Positions 24,210-33,553 are shown, counted from the stretch's first letter. The stretch: DNA of 41,643 nt from Candidatus Woesearchaeota archaeon (GCA_019323355.1 JAHWHI010000014.1:1-41643); one strand, 5' to 3'. Notes: a model not told the origin generated them from the sequence alone. Made by a program: numbers and translations.

Positions 24210-25880
24210 ATGCCAACTGTAACATTAAACAAAAACGTGTTCGAGAAGCTTGTCGGAAAAAAGCTGGCCTTAGATAAACTCAAGGACAGAATTAGCATGC
24301 TCGGCACTGATCTAGAAAAGATAGAAGGCAACGAGATAATTGTAGAAGTATTCCCTAACCGTCCGGACATGCTCTCTGAGCAAGGTTTTGCGCGGGCATT
24401 CTCAAGTTTTATCGGAGTTAAGACAGGGTTGAGAAAATATAATGTCAAAAAAGGAAATTATGAGGTTATTATTGATAAATCTGCAAAGAGCATTCGCCCT
24501 TATACTGTCTGCGCTGTTGTTAAAAATCTTAAGTTTGACGACGAGAAGATACGAGAAATAATTCAGATCCAGGAGAAACTGCATGTTACACTTTGCAGGA
24601 AACGGAAGAAAGGTGCTATAGGGATATATCCGATGGAAGCAATCAAATTCCCGATAAGGTATATGGCAAAAACCCCAAAAGATATCAAATTCCAGCCACT
24701 TGAGTTCAACCGTGAGATGACAGGACTTCAGATTCTTTCCCAGCATCCAGCTGGAAGAGAGTATGCTTATCTTCTAGAGGGATTGAGTAAATTTCCAATA
24801 TTTATTGACGCTAATAATGAGATACTTTCGATGCCTCCGATCATAAATTCTCACAAAACCGGAAAGGTGAGTGAAAAGACAAAAGAAGTCTTTATCGAAT
24901 GTTCTGGGTTTGATCTGGAGATGCTGAAAATATGCCTCAATATAATTGTCACTGCTATGGCAGATATGGGCGGGGAGATTTATGCAACCAATGTGAAATA
25001 CCCACAAGGGTATGACTGCAAGACAATCGCAACTCCCACACTAGAGCCAAAAAAGTGGGATATTGACCTTAAGTTTGTCAACAAGCTCCTAGGGCTGGAT
25101 ATGAAAGAGAGCGATATGAAAAAGCTGCTGGAAAAAATGGGTTTCGGCTATGAAAAAGGAAAGGTTCTTGTCCCTGCATACCGGGCAGATATCATGCACC
25201 AGGTAGATTTTGCAGAAGATATTGCTATTGCCTACGGATATGAGAATTTTGAACCTATGATCCCAAATGTCTCCACGATCGGTGAAGAGGACCGGTTCGA
25301 GAAGTTCAAACGGTACGTCTCAGAGATAATCGCAGGCTTGGGCCTGCTCGAGTGCGAGACCTATAATCTTACGAATGCTGATAATCTAAATAAGAAGATG
25401 AATATGAAACTTCCTTTTGTCGAACTACAGAACGCAGTCAACATTGACTTTAATGTGCTGCGATCGTGGGTACTTCCATCTTTGCTGCAGATATTAAAAG
25501 AAAATAAGCATTATGAATATCCACAGAATATATTCGGAACAGGGACAGTGTTCAAAGAGAACAAGAAGATGGAGACAAATGTCGAAGAATTTTCAAGGAT
25601 CGCTGCCGTACTTTGCAGTCTAGATGTTGATTATACAAAAATAAGGCAAGTATTTGATTATCTGATGAAGTGCCTTGATCTTGAGGCAACGTTTGATGAT
25701 AAGGACCATCCCTCTTTTATTCCAGGAAGATGCGCACGTGTCAGTGTTGGTGGAAAAGATGTTGCTTACATTGGAGAAATACATCCAGAGGTACTGCAGA
25801 ACTGGGACCTGCAGATTCCGGTTGCCGCCTTTGAACTAAATCTAACCGAACTATTCAATATCCTGCAGCGCAAAGCTTAA
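24210..25880 (+). CDS. pheT: Phenylalanine--tRNA ligase beta subunit
   Basis: B3/4 and B5 domains (FPNRPDMLSEQGFARA, PAYRADIMHQVDFAEDIAIAYGY) and a C-terminal class-II-like fold. Starts 8 nt after pheS. Confidence 0.93.
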   Translation: MPTVTLNKNVFEKLVGKKLALDKLKDRISMLGTDLEKIEGNEIIVEVFPNRPDMLSEQGFARAFSSFIGVKTGLRKYNVKKGNYEVIIDKSAKSIRPYTVCAVVKNLKFDDEKIREIIQIQEKLHVTLCRKRKKGAIGIYPMEAIKFPIRYMAKTPKDIKFQPLEFNREMTGLQILSQHPAGREYAYLLEGLSKFPIFIDANNEILSMPPIINSHKTGKVSEKTKEVFIECSGFDLEMLKICLNIIVTAMADMGGEIYATNVKYPQGYDCKTIATPTLEPKKWDIDLKFVNKLLGLDMKESDMKKLLEKMGFGYEKGKVLVPAYRADIMHQVDFAEDIAIAYGYENFEPMIPNVSTIGEEDRFEKFKRYVSEIIAGLGLLECETYNLTNADNLNKKMNMKLPFVELQNAVNIDFNVLRSWVLPSLLQILKENKHYEYPQNIFGTGTVFKENKKMETNVEEFSRIAAVLCSLDVDYTKIRQVFDYLMKCLDLEATFDDKDHPSFIPGRCARVSVGGKDVAYIGEIHPEVLQNWDLQIPVAAFELNLTELFNILQRKA

Positions 25881-25905
25881 ATACTATCTTTCTCTAGAAT
25901 TCATC

Positions 25906-27480
25906 ATGTTGAGGAAAGGGTTATTGCTGGGAATCGTATTCTTGTTCTTACTAATTCCAGTTGTTTATGCTGACAATCCTGTGATCTTTGATGATTTTGT
26001 AAATGTGGATGAGACCGCAAAGACAAGCATCGGAGAATTTTCAGTAAGATATTATGATAAGGGGGATAGGCAGGACACAATGGTCCTGGAGAAAACTGAC
26101 GAAAGCGATTTCCGTCTGCTTATCGATGATGGTGAGTGCGAATATGACCAGCAGTATAAGTTCTGTTTCCAGGGAAGCCAGCTCGGAAAACATGATTATG
26201 AAAAGGATATTGACATCATGGCTGTGAAACTTCGTATCGAAGAGATGGTTCCGTCCATAGAGCGTACTATAGCTAAAAAAAGCTTGGTTCCTGGCGAAGA
26301 GACAGAAGCAACTGTTACAATCACAATCCCAGAAGGAAGAAGAGCAATTATTTCGTATTCTGAAACTTTTCCTCAAGAGATTAGAATCGATTCTGGAAAA
26401 GGATATGTCCAAGGGAATACACTTAAATTTGAAGGAAAAGTAGACGGGGTTTTCACCTTAACATATACACTAAAACTCATGGCGCAGGAGATGGCGCCAT
26501 TCGATGCTAAAGGTTTGTTGAGCTATGATTTCGAGGGTAAAACAGGAAAACTCACAACATCTGAGATCACACTTACAAAACTTAATGATATGGAGATAGA
26601 GATAGAATTTGACCCAGAAGAAGCTGAGCTCGGAGAAGAAGTTGAATTAGAGATTAATTTAGATAAAAAAGTTGATGACAGCCTGGATATAAAGAGACTT
26701 GAAATTATATTTCCAAAAGGGACCCAGTATCTCCAGACAGATACAGAGTTTGAACAGGAGGGGGATACGCATTACTGGACACAGACTAGACTTACTGAAG
26801 ACAAAGAATATGTCTATAAGATAGTACAGAACACTGCTGGAAATTATTCTGTAAAGATTATAGCTAAAACTGACAGAAATGGAAACGAGCAATACCAGGA
26901 AAAAGTTGCTGTCCTCAAGTCTGCGATAAAAGACCTTTACTTGGGCCTGACATTTCCATCGACAATAACCTATCCTAAAAATGTCAAGCTAAAAGCATAT
27001 TTTGAAAATAAGAATGCAAATACAAAGTTTGAGGAGATTAAATGCACCATTACCGGAGATCTGTACAACAAAGAGGATTTTTCATTTGGAAATTCTTTTC
27101 CTGGAAAAAGAACTAATATCGTTGACGAATACCTAAAGCTTGCTGATACTTCTCCAAGAAAACTTACGCATACTTTTGCATGCACGTACAAACTTCCTAC
27201 CGGCGAGATACGTGCGGTCCAGATAACTAAAGAGAGCCAGGTCAATGTCACTGAAGCTGAACTTGGTGATGAAGAAGAAGAAGGCGAAGAGCTGGAAGAA
27301 GGAATTGATAGGAAGCTTGGATTCAAGGACAGTGAAGAAGAGCCTGAGGAAACAACTGAAGAGAAAGAAGATCAAGAGGAAAAAGAGGGCGGGTTCTTCA
27401 AAAAGATAATCAACTGGTTCAAGAACTTATTCTCTGGTGAAGATGCTGAAGAAATAGATGAAGATGAAATAAAAGAATGA
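25906..27480 (+). CDS. Secreted beta-rich protein with an acidic C-terminal tail and a terminal amphipathic segment
   Basis: Signal peptide LLLGIVFLFLLIPVVYA/DNP, Ig-like-fold-style stretches (LVPGEETEATVTITIPEG), an E/D-rich tail and then GFFKKIINWFKNLFSG. No family recognised. Confidence 0.7.
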   Translation: MLRKGLLLGIVFLFLLIPVVYADNPVIFDDFVNVDETAKTSIGEFSVRYYDKGDRQDTMVLEKTDESDFRLLIDDGECEYDQQYKFCFQGSQLGKHDYEKDIDIMAVKLRIEEMVPSIERTIAKKSLVPGEETEATVTITIPEGRRAIISYSETFPQEIRIDSGKGYVQGNTLKFEGKVDGVFTLTYTLKLMAQEMAPFDAKGLLSYDFEGKTGKLTTSEITLTKLNDMEIEIEFDPEEAELGEEVELEINLDKKVDDSLDIKRLEIIFPKGTQYLQTDTEFEQEGDTHYWTQTRLTEDKEYVYKIVQNTAGNYSVKIIAKTDRNGNEQYQEKVAVLKSAIKDLYLGLTFPSTITYPKNVKLKAYFENKNANTKFEEIKCTITGDLYNKEDFSFGNSFPGKRTNIVDEYLKLADTSPRKLTHTFACTYKLPTGEIRAVQITKESQVNVTEAELGDEEEEGEELEEGIDRKLGFKDSEEEPEETTEEKEDQEEKEGGFFKKIINWFKNLFSGEDAEEIDEDEIKE

Positions 27481-27864
27481 TTATTTGGTTTCTTTCTTCT
27501 TAGTCTCTTTTTTCTTTGCAGGTTTCTGCGATTTTGCTGCTTTCTTAGGCTTGGCTTCTGCTTCTGGAACAGCAGTTCTCTTTTTGCCTTTTCTTTTCTT
27601 GACTGGTTTCTGTGTCTTTGGCTTGCTCTTCTTTTCTTTTATCTCGATTCCCAGCTTTTTGAATGCAGAAACAACATCAGAATGAGATGCGTTTTCTTTC
27701 AATGCAAGAACCTGTTTCAATGGTTGAAGGTGCTTGATATTACACTTTTTTCTTCTGGTCTCGCCATCTATCAAAACAAGGTTGTTTTCAGGTGAAGAAA
27801 TAACTACGCATTTCAGGCCTGCGTCCCTGCCTGCTATCTTCATGCATAATGTGCCGATCTTCAT
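27481..27864 (-). CDS. rpl14e: 50S ribosomal protein eL14 with a Lys-rich C-terminal extension
   Basis: KOW-type N-terminus IGTLCMKIAGRDAGLKCVVI...NIKHLQPL as in archaeal L14e. The stop abuts the stop of the convergent gene at 27480. Confidence 0.8.
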   Translation of the reverse strand: MKIGTLCMKIAGRDAGLKCVVISSPENNLVLIDGETRRKKCNIKHLQPLKQVLALKENASHSDVVSAFKKLGIEIKEKKSKPKTQKPVKKRKGKKRTAVPEAEAKPKKAAKSQKPAKKKETKKKETK

Positions 27865-28139
27865 TTGGTCTCACCTGTTCGTGCTTTTGCCTTCAGCTTT
27901 AATCTGGTACACTTGGTGCAAAGAACACCTCCATACGTACGTGTAGGCCTTTTTGCTGTCTTTGGCATATTCTTGATCTTATGAATACGCTGGCAGGCAA
28001 CACCTTTAAGATATTGGCCGCAAGAACCACATTTAGCTCTCTTAGGCTTTCTTCTTACAAAAGCTGAGACTGTCTTGCTTCCAGGGGTCTTTCTCTTAAC
28101 CCTCCGATATGTCCTTGACCTATATTTTCCTTCTACCAT
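27861..28139 (-). CDS. rpl34e: 50S ribosomal protein eL34
   Basis: RSRTYRRVKRKTPG...CGSCGQYLKGV...RTYGGVLCTKC, a 4-Cys zinc ribbon typical of L34e. Confidence 0.85.
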   Translation of the reverse strand: MVEGKYRSRTYRRVKRKTPGSKTVSAFVRRKPKRAKCGSCGQYLKGVACQRIHKIKNMPKTAKRPTRTYGGVLCTKCTRLKLKAKARTGETK

Positions 28140-28195
28140 TGTGATAATTAATGTTTTTTTGAACTGTATTTAAAGCTTTTGGTGCTCTATGGCCA

Positions 28196-28966
28196 CTAAT
28201 AAAGCTTCATCAGCTTACGTATCAGCAGGCTCGCTGCAACAGAGATTATAAAATATAAACCAAACCATCCTGGTCTCCAGCCAAAAATCGTGAAATCTCC
28301 AAGAGGTTTAAGGGGCTTGTTGCCAATCTCTATCTTTTTCAGGCTTGAGTCCTTCTTCCTTATCTCAAGAGGATTCTCAAAACTCTGCTCTTCTGTAATC
28401 AGGATCTTTTTCTCGTACACTTTGCCATCGTGCTGGAACTCCAAAATATAACGTCCGGCTTCTCCCTGGAGCGTCCACATCAGTTCTGGTGTATCGAGTG
28501 CAAGTGTTTTTGATGATAAAAGCTCAAGACCATCTGCATTAAGCGTGACATTTCCTCTTGCTTCAGGTGCGAACTGCAGTGTGACATCAAAAGGGACTCC
28601 GGGCATCAACGGCATAAAAGCAAGATTTGTCGCCAGCCATCCAAAAAAAAGCAGGATAGGGATCATTGTGAACAAAGTCGGTTTCATTGAGTGCTTTGTC
28701 ATCTCCATGCTTTTTGCCATCATCTTTTTCTGGAGTGATGCAAATTCTTCTGGCTTATCCTTCAACTGCTTGAGTTCTTTCTGCATCCGTTTGACTTCCT
28801 GCTTCAGATGTTTCATCAAAGTCTGGTTAGTCAGGAACTTGTAAGCAAGATTAGAAGCAAAAGATATTGCAATAGAAATTATAAAAATTGTCCAGAACGC
28901 TCCAAGAGCTAACAGCGGTCTCAATAATGGATCAAGGATAGGATTTAGAGATTCTAAAAATACCAT
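28196..28966 (-). CDS. DUF106 / EMC3-Oxa1-like membrane insertase homolog with an inserted ~100-aa beta-rich segment
   Basis: TM1, coiled-coil (LMKHLKQEVKRMQKELKQLKDKPEEFASLQKKMM) and TM2 layout, in the conserved position after secY. An extra segment lies between TM2 and the last TM. Confidence 0.75.
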   Translation of the reverse strand: MVFLESLNPILDPLLRPLLALGAFWTIFIISIAISFASNLAYKFLTNQTLMKHLKQEVKRMQKELKQLKDKPEEFASLQKKMMAKSMEMTKHSMKPTLFTMIPILLFFGWLATNLAFMPLMPGVPFDVTLQFAPEARGNVTLNADGLELLSSKTLALDTPELMWTLQGEAGRYILEFQHDGKVYEKKILITEEQSFENPLEIRKKDSSLKKIEIGNKPLKPLGDFTIFGWRPGWFGLYFIISVAASLLIRKLMKLY

Positions 28967-28967
28967 G

Positions 28968-30407
28968 CTAGCGCTCCATAAACTTACGCATCGCAGGATG
29001 CATATCCATCATGTGATGCCGGGCGATTTCTTCGTATAACTGGTATATAATCATGACTGCTAGAAGGATACCTGTTCCTCTGCTCAATGCGCCTGTCAGG
29101 TCTGCTACTGCTGCAAGAATCCCGACTGCAAGACCTCCCATTATTGTCAATGGTGTGATATATCTGTTAAGGATTCTCTCAAGGATCCGTATGTCCTTCC
29201 TGAACCCAGGAATCTGCAAACCAGAAGACATTATCTGCTTTGAGACTGAATGCGCGTCCTGGCCAGAAGTCTGCATCCAGAAATAACTGAATATGATTGC
29301 ACCAATAACCATCAGGATGATATAACCTAGTGCGAATTTTAACTGCGCGAACGCGAAGTTTCCTGCGAGCAGGTTCTGTATCAGGCTTGGGGCGTGCGCA
29401 TAAGGAATGATCCCATGCCCTGCTGCTGGCGTGCTGACCTGTCCTACGATATAGACAGAGATCCAATTGACGACTGCGTTACCTGAATTGACTGCCCAGT
29501 TCTCCATCAACTGACCCCACAACTGGATGTTTGCAAGCAGTGCTGCAACAAGGATGACTGGAATGTTTGAAGTATACATGAAACGAAGAGGCCATCTCAT
29601 ACCATAACCTCTGACTCTACCAAAAGATAACGGGATCTCAACTTTCATTGACTGGAAATATACCGCCATGATGAAGACTACAACTGTAAAAACCAGTGCA
29701 GAACCTGCCAGTAATGCAGCATCTCCCTGATTTCTTGCCAAGTGTACAAACAATGCAAAAACCTTCCCGACTGGGGGCTGGCCACTTCCAAAAGCAAAAT
29801 TTCCGCCTGAATCCAACGGCGAGAATGATTGGATTAGTATTTCCTGGGCAACATTTGCCACGATAAATAATGAGATTCCTGAACCAAAGCCCCATTTCTG
29901 CACAACCTCGTCCATGAACAAGATAATCATACCTCCGAGGAATAATTGTCCTATCAATACTAACTGCAGTGAAAAGAATGAAGCTCCTGCAATAGCTGGG
30001 TTAGGGCTGAAACCTCCCATGAATACATATACACAGGCTTCGAACACTACAAAGAATATTGCAAGCAATTTCTGTGTTCCCTGGAACATCTTTTTTCCTT
30101 CTGCAGTTGTCAGGTCGAATTTGATAATGCCTGATCCGTTAAGCAGCTGCAATACAATAGATGCAGTAACAATAGGACCGATTCCCAGAGAAGTTATTGT
30201 TCCGAAACTAGCTCCAAGGATGATTCCCAGCTGTTCAAACCGGAACTGGTATGCTGGATCCAATCCAAAAAGCGAGATTGTTCCTAGAACAAAAAATAAT
30301 ACTAGAATAATCAAGGTCCATTTCAGTTTCTCCTTAAAAGAAAGTCGCTTCTGTGTTGGTCCTCGGACTTCTGGTAAATGAGTAATTATTGCTTTGTATA
30401 AAGACAT
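28968..30407 (-). CDS. secY: Preprotein translocase subunit SecY
   Basis: 10-TM SecY/Sec61alpha pattern (LKWTLIILVLFFVL, GIGPIVTASIVLQLL, RGYGMRWPLRFMYTSNIPVIL), in the conserved position after uL15. Confidence 0.95.
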   Translation of the reverse strand: MSLYKAIITHLPEVRGPTQKRLSFKEKLKWTLIILVLFFVLGTISLFGLDPAYQFRFEQLGIILGASFGTITSLGIGPIVTASIVLQLLNGSGIIKFDLTTAEGKKMFQGTQKLLAIFFVVFEACVYVFMGGFSPNPAIAGASFFSLQLVLIGQLFLGGMIILFMDEVVQKWGFGSGISLFIVANVAQEILIQSFSPLDSGGNFAFGSGQPPVGKVFALFVHLARNQGDAALLAGSALVFTVVVFIMAVYFQSMKVEIPLSFGRVRGYGMRWPLRFMYTSNIPVILVAALLANIQLWGQLMENWAVNSGNAVVNWISVYIVGQVSTPAAGHGIIPYAHAPSLIQNLLAGNFAFAQLKFALGYIILMVIGAIIFSYFWMQTSGQDAHSVSKQIMSSGLQIPGFRKDIRILERILNRYITPLTIMGGLAVGILAAVADLTGALSRGTGILLAVMIIYQLYEEIARHHMMDMHPAMRKFMER

Positions 30408-30440
30408 GGTCCCCTAATACCTTCTGGTTTTTGGGCAGGC

Positions 30441-30983
30441 TTACTCGTTCTGTTCTTCTGGTTGTTCTTCTGGTAATACTGTCGCTTCTGTCTTTTTCTT
30501 TACGTTCTTTGTTTCTTTTGCTTGCTTCACTTTCTTTGCTTCTGTCTCTACTTTTCCGCCTGCTTGTTCTATTTTTGTAATCGCGCTCTTGCTTGCAGAA
30601 GATATCTTCAGAATGTATTTGTTCTTTGTATCTCCTGTTCCAAGAAGTTTAATATATCCCAGCTTCCCCAGATTGATGGAGTACATGCCGGATTTCTCTT
30701 CTGCAGCCTTATTCTTGATAAGATTTGCCAGTTTTTTATCAAGATCAGAAATATTGATAGAATCTTTATTGCCTTTGCTTATTTTTTTGATTGATTTGAA
30801 ACCATGCTTTCCAAAATAAGTGCCAACATCAATACTTGGCTTCTTTGCATCCCCACGCTTTCCAGTGCCAGCCATACCTCTACCTCCACGGTTTCCAGCA
30901 CCACGATGCTTCTTCATCGAACCCCAGCCATGAGTTGTCTGGCCTCGGTATTTGACACATTTCTTTCTTTTTCTTTTTGCCAT
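30441..30983 (-). CDS. rpl15: 50S ribosomal protein uL15 with a C-terminal K/E extension
   Basis: RGQTTHGWGSMKKHRGAGNRGGRGMAGTGKR signature. Confidence 0.9.
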   Translation of the reverse strand: MAKRKRKKCVKYRGQTTHGWGSMKKHRGAGNRGGRGMAGTGKRGDAKKPSIDVGTYFGKHGFKSIKKISKGNKDSINISDLDKKLANLIKNKAAEEKSGMYSINLGKLGYIKLLGTGDTKNKYILKISSASKSAITKIEQAGGKVETEAKKVKQAKETKNVKKKTEATVLPEEQPEEQNE

Positions 30984-30984
30984 T

Positions 30985-31302
30985 TTACTTCAATTTTGTC
31001 TGACTTATTATGTATACCTGGAACACTGCAAACGCAAGATATATTGCGTACACCCAGGTGATATTCATGACCAGCAGCACCAATGCATGGACACCTATTA
31101 TCGCTGACCAGATAAAGACCAGCAAAAATACTGTCCGGTTTTTCAGCAGACTGCCGACCAATAATGCCAATACAATTATTGGCAGTACGATTGTGACCCA
31201 GCCAAGATCGCTAATGAATCTCGGCAACATCAAAAGCAATGCCAATACCTGTATTCCTAAGAGGATATTGACAATTATCCATTTGATATCGTTTTTCATC
31301 AT
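30985..31302 (-). CDS. Small 4-TM membrane protein of unknown function inserted between uL30 and uL15
   Basis: ATGATG start directly after the uL30 TAG, and its stop lies 1 nt before the uL15 ATG. Four hydrophobic helices fill 105 aa. Confidence 0.65.
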   Translation of the reverse strand: MMKNDIKWIIVNILLGIQVLALLLMLPRFISDLGWVTIVLPIIVLALLVGSLLKNRTVFLLVFIWSAIIGVHALVLLVMNITWVYAIYLAFAVFQVYIISQTKLK

Positions 31303-31680
31303 CTATAACATCTTTTTGATCAAAGCATCCATGCTTGGACGTCTGCCTAGAGCCCCGCCCCTTCCAAAAGATGTCTTGATCCCTTTTCTCTCAAATCCGC
31401 CTCGAGGAGGATTCAATCTATATGTCTTGCCTTTGACCTTCTTCTTGCTTTTTTCAAGCTCTGCGATCACTTCGTCGCTCACAGGGCCGTAGGCAATGAA
31501 ATCTTTTACTTTTCTGAGCATGCCTAAATTGATTGAAGTGTTCTCGAGGATGATACAGTTATGCTGATTGTACAGATTCAGGTGCTGCAGTGTTTTTTTA
31601 AAGTCGTGCCTGACATGAATCAGACCTCTGATTAATACTGCCGCAACTTTCTTGCCTTTTGCTGTATTTTCCTCTGCCAT
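31303..31680 (-). CDS. rpl30: 50S ribosomal protein uL30
   Basis: VAAVLIRGLIHVRHDFKKTLQHLNL...GMLRKVKDFIAYG pattern and conserved operon position. Confidence 0.9.
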   Translation of the reverse strand: MAEENTAKGKKVAAVLIRGLIHVRHDFKKTLQHLNLYNQHNCIILENTSINLGMLRKVKDFIAYGPVSDEVIAELEKSKKKVKGKTYRLNPPRGGFERKGIKTSFGRGGALGRRPSMDALIKKML

Positions 31681-31682
31681 CT

Positions 31683-32528
31683 TTACTTAGTCCCCTTTTT
31701 AGCTTCTTTAGCCTCTTGTTTCGGCTCCTCTTGAGGAAGGATCTCTTCGATCTCTTCAGGCTTTACTGTTTCTGCAGCCTTGATCGCGCCCTCCACTGCT
31801 CCCTGAAGCTCGATATGCTTTGGCTGAATCTTTGTTGTCATCAGATTCTTAAGAGCTTCAAAGCATGCTATGACAAGATTAGACTTAACAACTGTTCTTC
31901 CTCTTGTCATTGACCAGACATCCTTGATGCCTGCTAAACGTAATATCTTCTGGCATTCCTTCTCTACACAAAGACCAGTACCTTTCGGTGCGGGAATCAA
32001 AGTTATCTCGCAGGAACCGCATTTTCCAGTGACCTGGTACGGAATCGAGTGCGGGCTCTTGCAACCGCATTCCCAGCTTCCACAGCCACGTCTGACCTTG
32101 ATAAGATTCAGTTTTGCTTTTCTGAAAGCCTTCTCTCTTGCAGGAATTGTTTCCTTGCTCTTTCCGTTGCCAATTCCAACATAACCGTCCTTGTTTCCTA
32201 CAACTGCGAATGTCGCGAATGAAAGTACATTTCCTTCTTTTGTTTTCTTCTGGGTCTGCCTGAAAGCTCTTCTTTTACCGCCTCCAAACTTTCCTTTTGC
32301 CTGGCCGATTAACAAAAGATCCGACTCAAGGTTCGGCAATAGCGCGTCGACTACCTCTTGTTCGATAATAGGCTTTCCTTCGTCCAGGACCTGGCCGATA
32401 TTGACAATCTCGCCAGCCTTGACTCTTTTTCCTAGTAGTGTGCGAGGCTTCCATTCACTGATCTCAAAGCCCGGCTTTTGCCTTTGCCCTTGCGGCCTTC
32501 TTGAATTATTATTCTTTCTTCTTTCCAT
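31683..32528 (-). CDS. rps5: 30S ribosomal protein uS5 (with terminal extensions)
   Basis: dsRBD and S5 C-terminal domain: FATFAVVGNKDGYVGIGNGKSKE, IPAPKGTGL, LRLAGIKDVW. Confidence 0.92.
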   Translation of the reverse strand: MERRKNNNSRRPQGQRQKPGFEISEWKPRTLLGKRVKAGEIVNIGQVLDEGKPIIEQEVVDALLPNLESDLLLIGQAKGKFGGGKRRAFRQTQKKTKEGNVLSFATFAVVGNKDGYVGIGNGKSKETIPAREKAFRKAKLNLIKVRRGCGSWECGCKSPHSIPYQVTGKCGSCEITLIPAPKGTGLCVEKECQKILRLAGIKDVWSMTRGRTVVKSNLVIACFEALKNLMTTKIQPKHIELQGAVEGAIKAAETVKPEEIEEILPQEEPKQEAKEAKKGTK

Positions 32529-32529
32529 T

Positions 32530-33102
32530 TTAGACTTTCTCGATTTTTTGCTTTATTTCTTCGAAATGTTTTGTAAATTCTTCTGGCGCAAAACCCTGCT
32601 TCAGGTATGCACTGAATTGTTTTTTGTAAGCATCACTATCTTTGATCTTCTTTGCATAATCCTCAATATGCTTGCCTGACAATCTTTCTGGCTGGGGAAC
32701 AATGTCCTCTGAGTGCAGAACGTTCAAGCCGGCATCAAGCAATCCTTTCAATGCAGCGTAGATTTTGTTTCCTTTTGAAAGATTGCTTTTGTTCAGGTCG
32801 AGGATAAACTCTCCCTTTGTATCTTTTGCTTTCTTGCCGCACAGATATCCTGTCAGATACGCTGTTGGCAGGTTTGATCTATGGGCTTTCCAGCCAAGTT
32901 TCTGCAACTGCTTTGAATGCGCTGAAAAAAGGATCTTGTCTCCGTCTGGGGCGTATTCAACTCCCTGGATTATTACGTCGTTCAATGAGATTCTTATGAC
33001 TATTCTAGGCAGACTTGATTTCAGCAAATCCAATCTTTTCTTATAATTAGTCTTAGCTTGCCTTTTTCTTCTATATTTCATTACAGGTTTTGTCTTTCTC
33101 AT
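32530..33102 (-). CDS. rpl18: 50S ribosomal protein uL18
   Basis: YRRKRQAKTNYKKRL...PRIVIRISLNDVIIQ...NLPTAYLTGYLCG. Confidence 0.92.
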   Translation of the reverse strand: MRKTKPVMKYRRKRQAKTNYKKRLDLLKSSLPRIVIRISLNDVIIQGVEYAPDGDKILFSAHSKQLQKLGWKAHRSNLPTAYLTGYLCGKKAKDTKGEFILDLNKSNLSKGNKIYAALKGLLDAGLNVLHSEDIVPQPERLSGKHIEDYAKKIKDSDAYKKQFSAYLKQGFAPEEFTKHFEEIKQKIEKV

Positions 33103-33551
33103 TTTTTCTGGATGTACCCTTTCTCTGTTATGAACAGTTTGATGTGTCTCTTATTCCTGAAAAAGCCACCTTTGCTTTTCCGAACAAGGACTCTATAATC
33201 CTGAGGAGAGATCAATTTTTTCTCTCGAAGCTCTTTCAAAAAAGTTCTCTGGACACGCATACGTGTTATCCATTGCCGTTTTGGCGAGGTTCTTGCATTC
33301 TTTGTCCCTTTTCTTGAACCTTTGCCACGCCTTCTGCTTCTCTTCTTTTGCTCCTGATTTTTTCTTGCGCGGACACGTGAAGAACCTCGTATCTGTTTCT
33401 TCACGATCAAACCATTATTAATCATATTGCGAATGTCCTGTTTAGTGATAGCTTCCTTGATCTCTTCCAATCTTTCGGGATCAACCCATACGTGGTCTGG
33501 CGAACACTTGAGCAATTGGGACGCCAACCTTTTTTGTACTGTTAGTCTCAT
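33099..33551 (-). CDS. rpl19e: 50S ribosomal protein eL19
   Basis: QKRLASQLLKCSPDHVWVDP...GKGSRKGTKNAR...WITRMRVQR. Confidence 0.92.
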   Translation of the reverse strand: MRLTVQKRLASQLLKCSPDHVWVDPERLEEIKEAITKQDIRNMINNGLIVKKQIRGSSRVRARKNQEQKKRSRRRGKGSRKGTKNARTSPKRQWITRMRVQRTFLKELREKKLISPQDYRVLVRKSKGGFFRNKRHIKLFITEKGYIQKK

Positions 33552-33553
33552 TT

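Noticed and set aside
27481-27640. Periodic AAG/GAA/AAA-rich tracts that look like tandem or CRISPR-like repeats (also ~33560-33760, ~38540-38700, ~41400-41560)
   Set aside because: They lie in frame inside ribosomal protein genes and encode Lys/Glu-rich tails. There is no repeat-spacer periodicity and no conserved repeat unit.
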